Both the position numbers and the translations under genes were made by a program. A stretch of 63,032 nucleotides of DNA, the filler included, from Folioceros fuciformis (taxonomy: Eukaryota): the NCBI GenBank assembly GCA_049999805.1. It is 6 parts of 6 records of this genome, joined end to end, with 100 filler letters (N's around TTAATTAATTAA, not from the genome) between each part and the next. Parts side by side here need not be neighbours in the genome. Positions count along the whole stretch, not along the records: positions 59,423 to 63,032 come from JBNGIO010004614.1; 5 more parts are not named here. One strand, 5' to 3'. Shown here in pieces: positions 60,840-63,032 of the stretch. The notes below the pieces were generated by a model. It saw nothing but the letters and a program-made list of their open reading frames with translations, was not told where the DNA came from and ran no database searches. Each line of letters begins with the position of its first letter. Within the stretch, counting starts at the first letter, position 1.

Positions 60840-61635
60840 ACCAGTGCTTCCACACGCCTTCAGAAGGCACGCAAAAGTAACACGGTTAGCCACCACGAGG
60901 CCCGCCTCCTCCATTTGCCCATACACAACAAGTGCCTCTTCGCCGAGTCCTTGCTGTGCATACCCAGCGATCAGGGAATTCCATGTCACCACATCCTTCG
61001 TGTCCATGATGTCAAAAACCTGGCGTGCATCTTTCATTCGCCCACATTTTGCATACATGTCCACCAAGCAGTTGTTAACAAACAAGTCAGTACGGAAGCC
61101 ACTGTGCAACACGTCGCGGTGCACTGTTCTGCCAGATTCTAAGTCAGCAGCAAATGCACAAGCTTGTAGGGCGGCTACAAAGACATAACCATCCGCCTTC
61201 ACTTCTGACCTACGCATTTCATGGTACAGTTGTATGGCCTCCTTCGGCTTACCGTGCTTGGCATGTGCAGAGATTATGGAAACCCACATGAAGACATCCG
61301 GTTTCCCTACCCTGTTGAACACATCCATCGCCTCCTTTAGCCGACCTCCACATGCATACATGCGCAAGATATGGTTCCCCAAATATGCATTCGACTCGTA
61401 CCCCAGTCTGACTGTGAGATTATGAACTCGTCGCCCCACCACCAAATCCTTCTTAGCTGTACAGAGTTTTAACACTGTGTAAAACAAAGACTGAGAAACG
61501 CCAGAGCCTGACTGCACCAGAGATTCCAGGGCTCCAACGGCCTCAGAAAGCTTCCCCTTATGACATAACATGCTCACGGTTGCAGCAGTTACGACGCCCG
61601 TTTCCAATTCTGCACGCCTGCCAGATCCACGCTTA
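60840..61635 (-). CDS. PLS-PPR N-terminal repeats (second copy of the 61736-62270 segment plus following motifs)
   Basis: An open frame between gaps that differs from the upstream copy by several substitutions (HKG/HQG, VRL/VKL, WVS/WFS, LHS/LRS). Confidence 0.85.
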
Positions 61636-61735
61636 NNNNNNNNNNNNNNNNNNNNNNNNNNNNNNNNNNNNNNNNNNNNNNNNNNNNNNNNNNNNNNNNN
61701 NNNNNNNNNNNNNNNNNNNNNNNNNNNNNNNNNNN

Positions 61736-62847
61736 CCACTGCGCAACACGTCGCGGTGCACTGTTCTGCCAGATTCTAAGTCGGCAGCAAATGCACAAGC
61801 TTGAACGGCGGCTACAAAGACATAACCATCCGCCTTCACTTCTGACCTACGCATTTCATGGTACAGTTGTATGGCCTCCTTCGGCTTCCCGTGCTTAGCA
61901 TGTGCAGAGATTATGGAAAACCACATGAAGACATCCGGTTTCCCTACCCTGTTGAACACATCCATCGCCTCCTTTAGCCTACCTCCACATGCATACATGC
62001 GCAAGATATGGTTCCCCAAATATGCATTCGACTCGTACCCAAGTTTGACTGTGAGATTATGAACTCGTCGCCCCACCACCAAATCCTTCTGAGCTGTACA
62101 GAGTTTTAACACTGTGTAAAACAAAGACTGAGAAACGCCAGAGCCTGACTGCACCAGAGATTCCAGGGCTCCAACGGCCTCAGAAAGCTTCCCCTGATGA
62201 CATAACATGCTCACGGTTGCAGCAGTTACGACGCCCGTTTCCAATTCTGCACGCCTGCCAGATCCACGCTTATACAGAGAGCTGCACTCGAAAGAAGAGA
62301 CTCCATGGCCCATTGGATGTAGAAGTGCTGGGTTTCTTACACTGCTGCCCCTGGAGCCCATTTCACCACCGGTAAGCCTTCCAGGTTCAGGGTTATCTGG
62401 AGAGCTCAATTTGGAAGCAGAGGAACCCAGACCCATCTGCATATCCAACGAGACGAGCTGTTCATCAACCCATGCTGGCTTAAACCTGCTGTCCAACCAT
62501 AGCACCTCGCCGGACCCCTTCCGCCGGAAGTCAGGGGAACGGGAGCTCTTCTTGTCTCGTCTGTTATCCCACCACATGGTAGGGTCCAGAAAAAGTTGTT
62601 GCCACAAGTGCTCCTGCTGCTCCTGGCAACTATCAGCATCGTCGGAAAACCCGTCCCTGCCCACAAACGTTCTCGCTCTCGGAGGTGGAAGTGCTGGGAT
62701 CCTGACACTGCTGCACCTGCAGACTGTGTTTCCAAAGGGTCCACTCCCGAAGCTGAGGTGAGCGGGGGTTCCTGGTAGAGTCCTTGTACACACACCAATT
62801 CCAATTTGTTGGGTCGACGACAGGTCCGGTTGCCATACTGTGGCCAT
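61736..62847 (-). CDS. PLS-PPR protein N-terminus: probable organellar transit peptide, OSB-type PDF motif (62455-62604) and first PPR motifs
   Basis: ATG at 62847 and an S/T/P/R-rich N-terminus. WQQLFLDPTMWWDNRRDKKSSRSPDFRRKGSGEVLWLDSRFKPAWVDEQL is followed by L-S-P-L motifs in the same uninterrupted frame. Confidence 0.88.
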
Positions 62848-63032
62848 CTTTCAGGGACCGCTGTCGGAAGATGACTTGCACAAAAGTCTCGTCTAGGCAG
62901 ATCCCCGGCCGGGTACACTGTACGTACGTATGTATGACCACTGCAACCTGAAGGGCTGAACCGTGAGCCTTCCGGCGTGAAGGGGTGAGCCGTCCTATAA
63001 TACTTGTGGGCGACCTGTCGGACTGGTGCTTC

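Noticed and set aside
59474-62761. Long plus-strand ORFs over the PPR region
   Set aside because: Antisense shadows of the repetitive PPR coding frame.

Overview
Eukaryotic nuclear DNA from a seed-free land plant. A hornwort or other bryophyte is inferred from the PLS-class PPR genes, ~100-nt GT-AG introns, a TORNADO1-like ROCO gene and Copia/Gypsy elements. The window is not one locus: five artificial N44-TTAATTAATTAA-N44 linkers join six pieces (1-14645, 14746-28803, 28904-43060, 43161-52099, 52200-59322, 59423-63032). Piece 1 carries the catalytic exon of an animal-type (C14A-like) caspase, degenerate gene fragments (PP2A-A, PPR) and a disrupted LRR-ROC-COR gene with a duplicated LRR module. 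Piece 2 is a tandem array of secreted PQQ beta-propeller (polyvinyl-alcohol-dehydrogenase-like) genes, one of them complete with 7 exons. Pieces 3-5 are nested LTR retrotransposons, including a Copia with TA...CA ends and a ~5-kb solo LTR holding a self-complementary satellite. Piece 6 holds PLS-PPR sequence whose N-terminus carries an OSB-type PDF ssDNA-binding motif. The top candidates for novelty are the true-caspase-like gene in plant DNA (possibly linked to the ROCO gene) and the PDF-PPR fusion. All family assignments come from motif recognition, not database searches.
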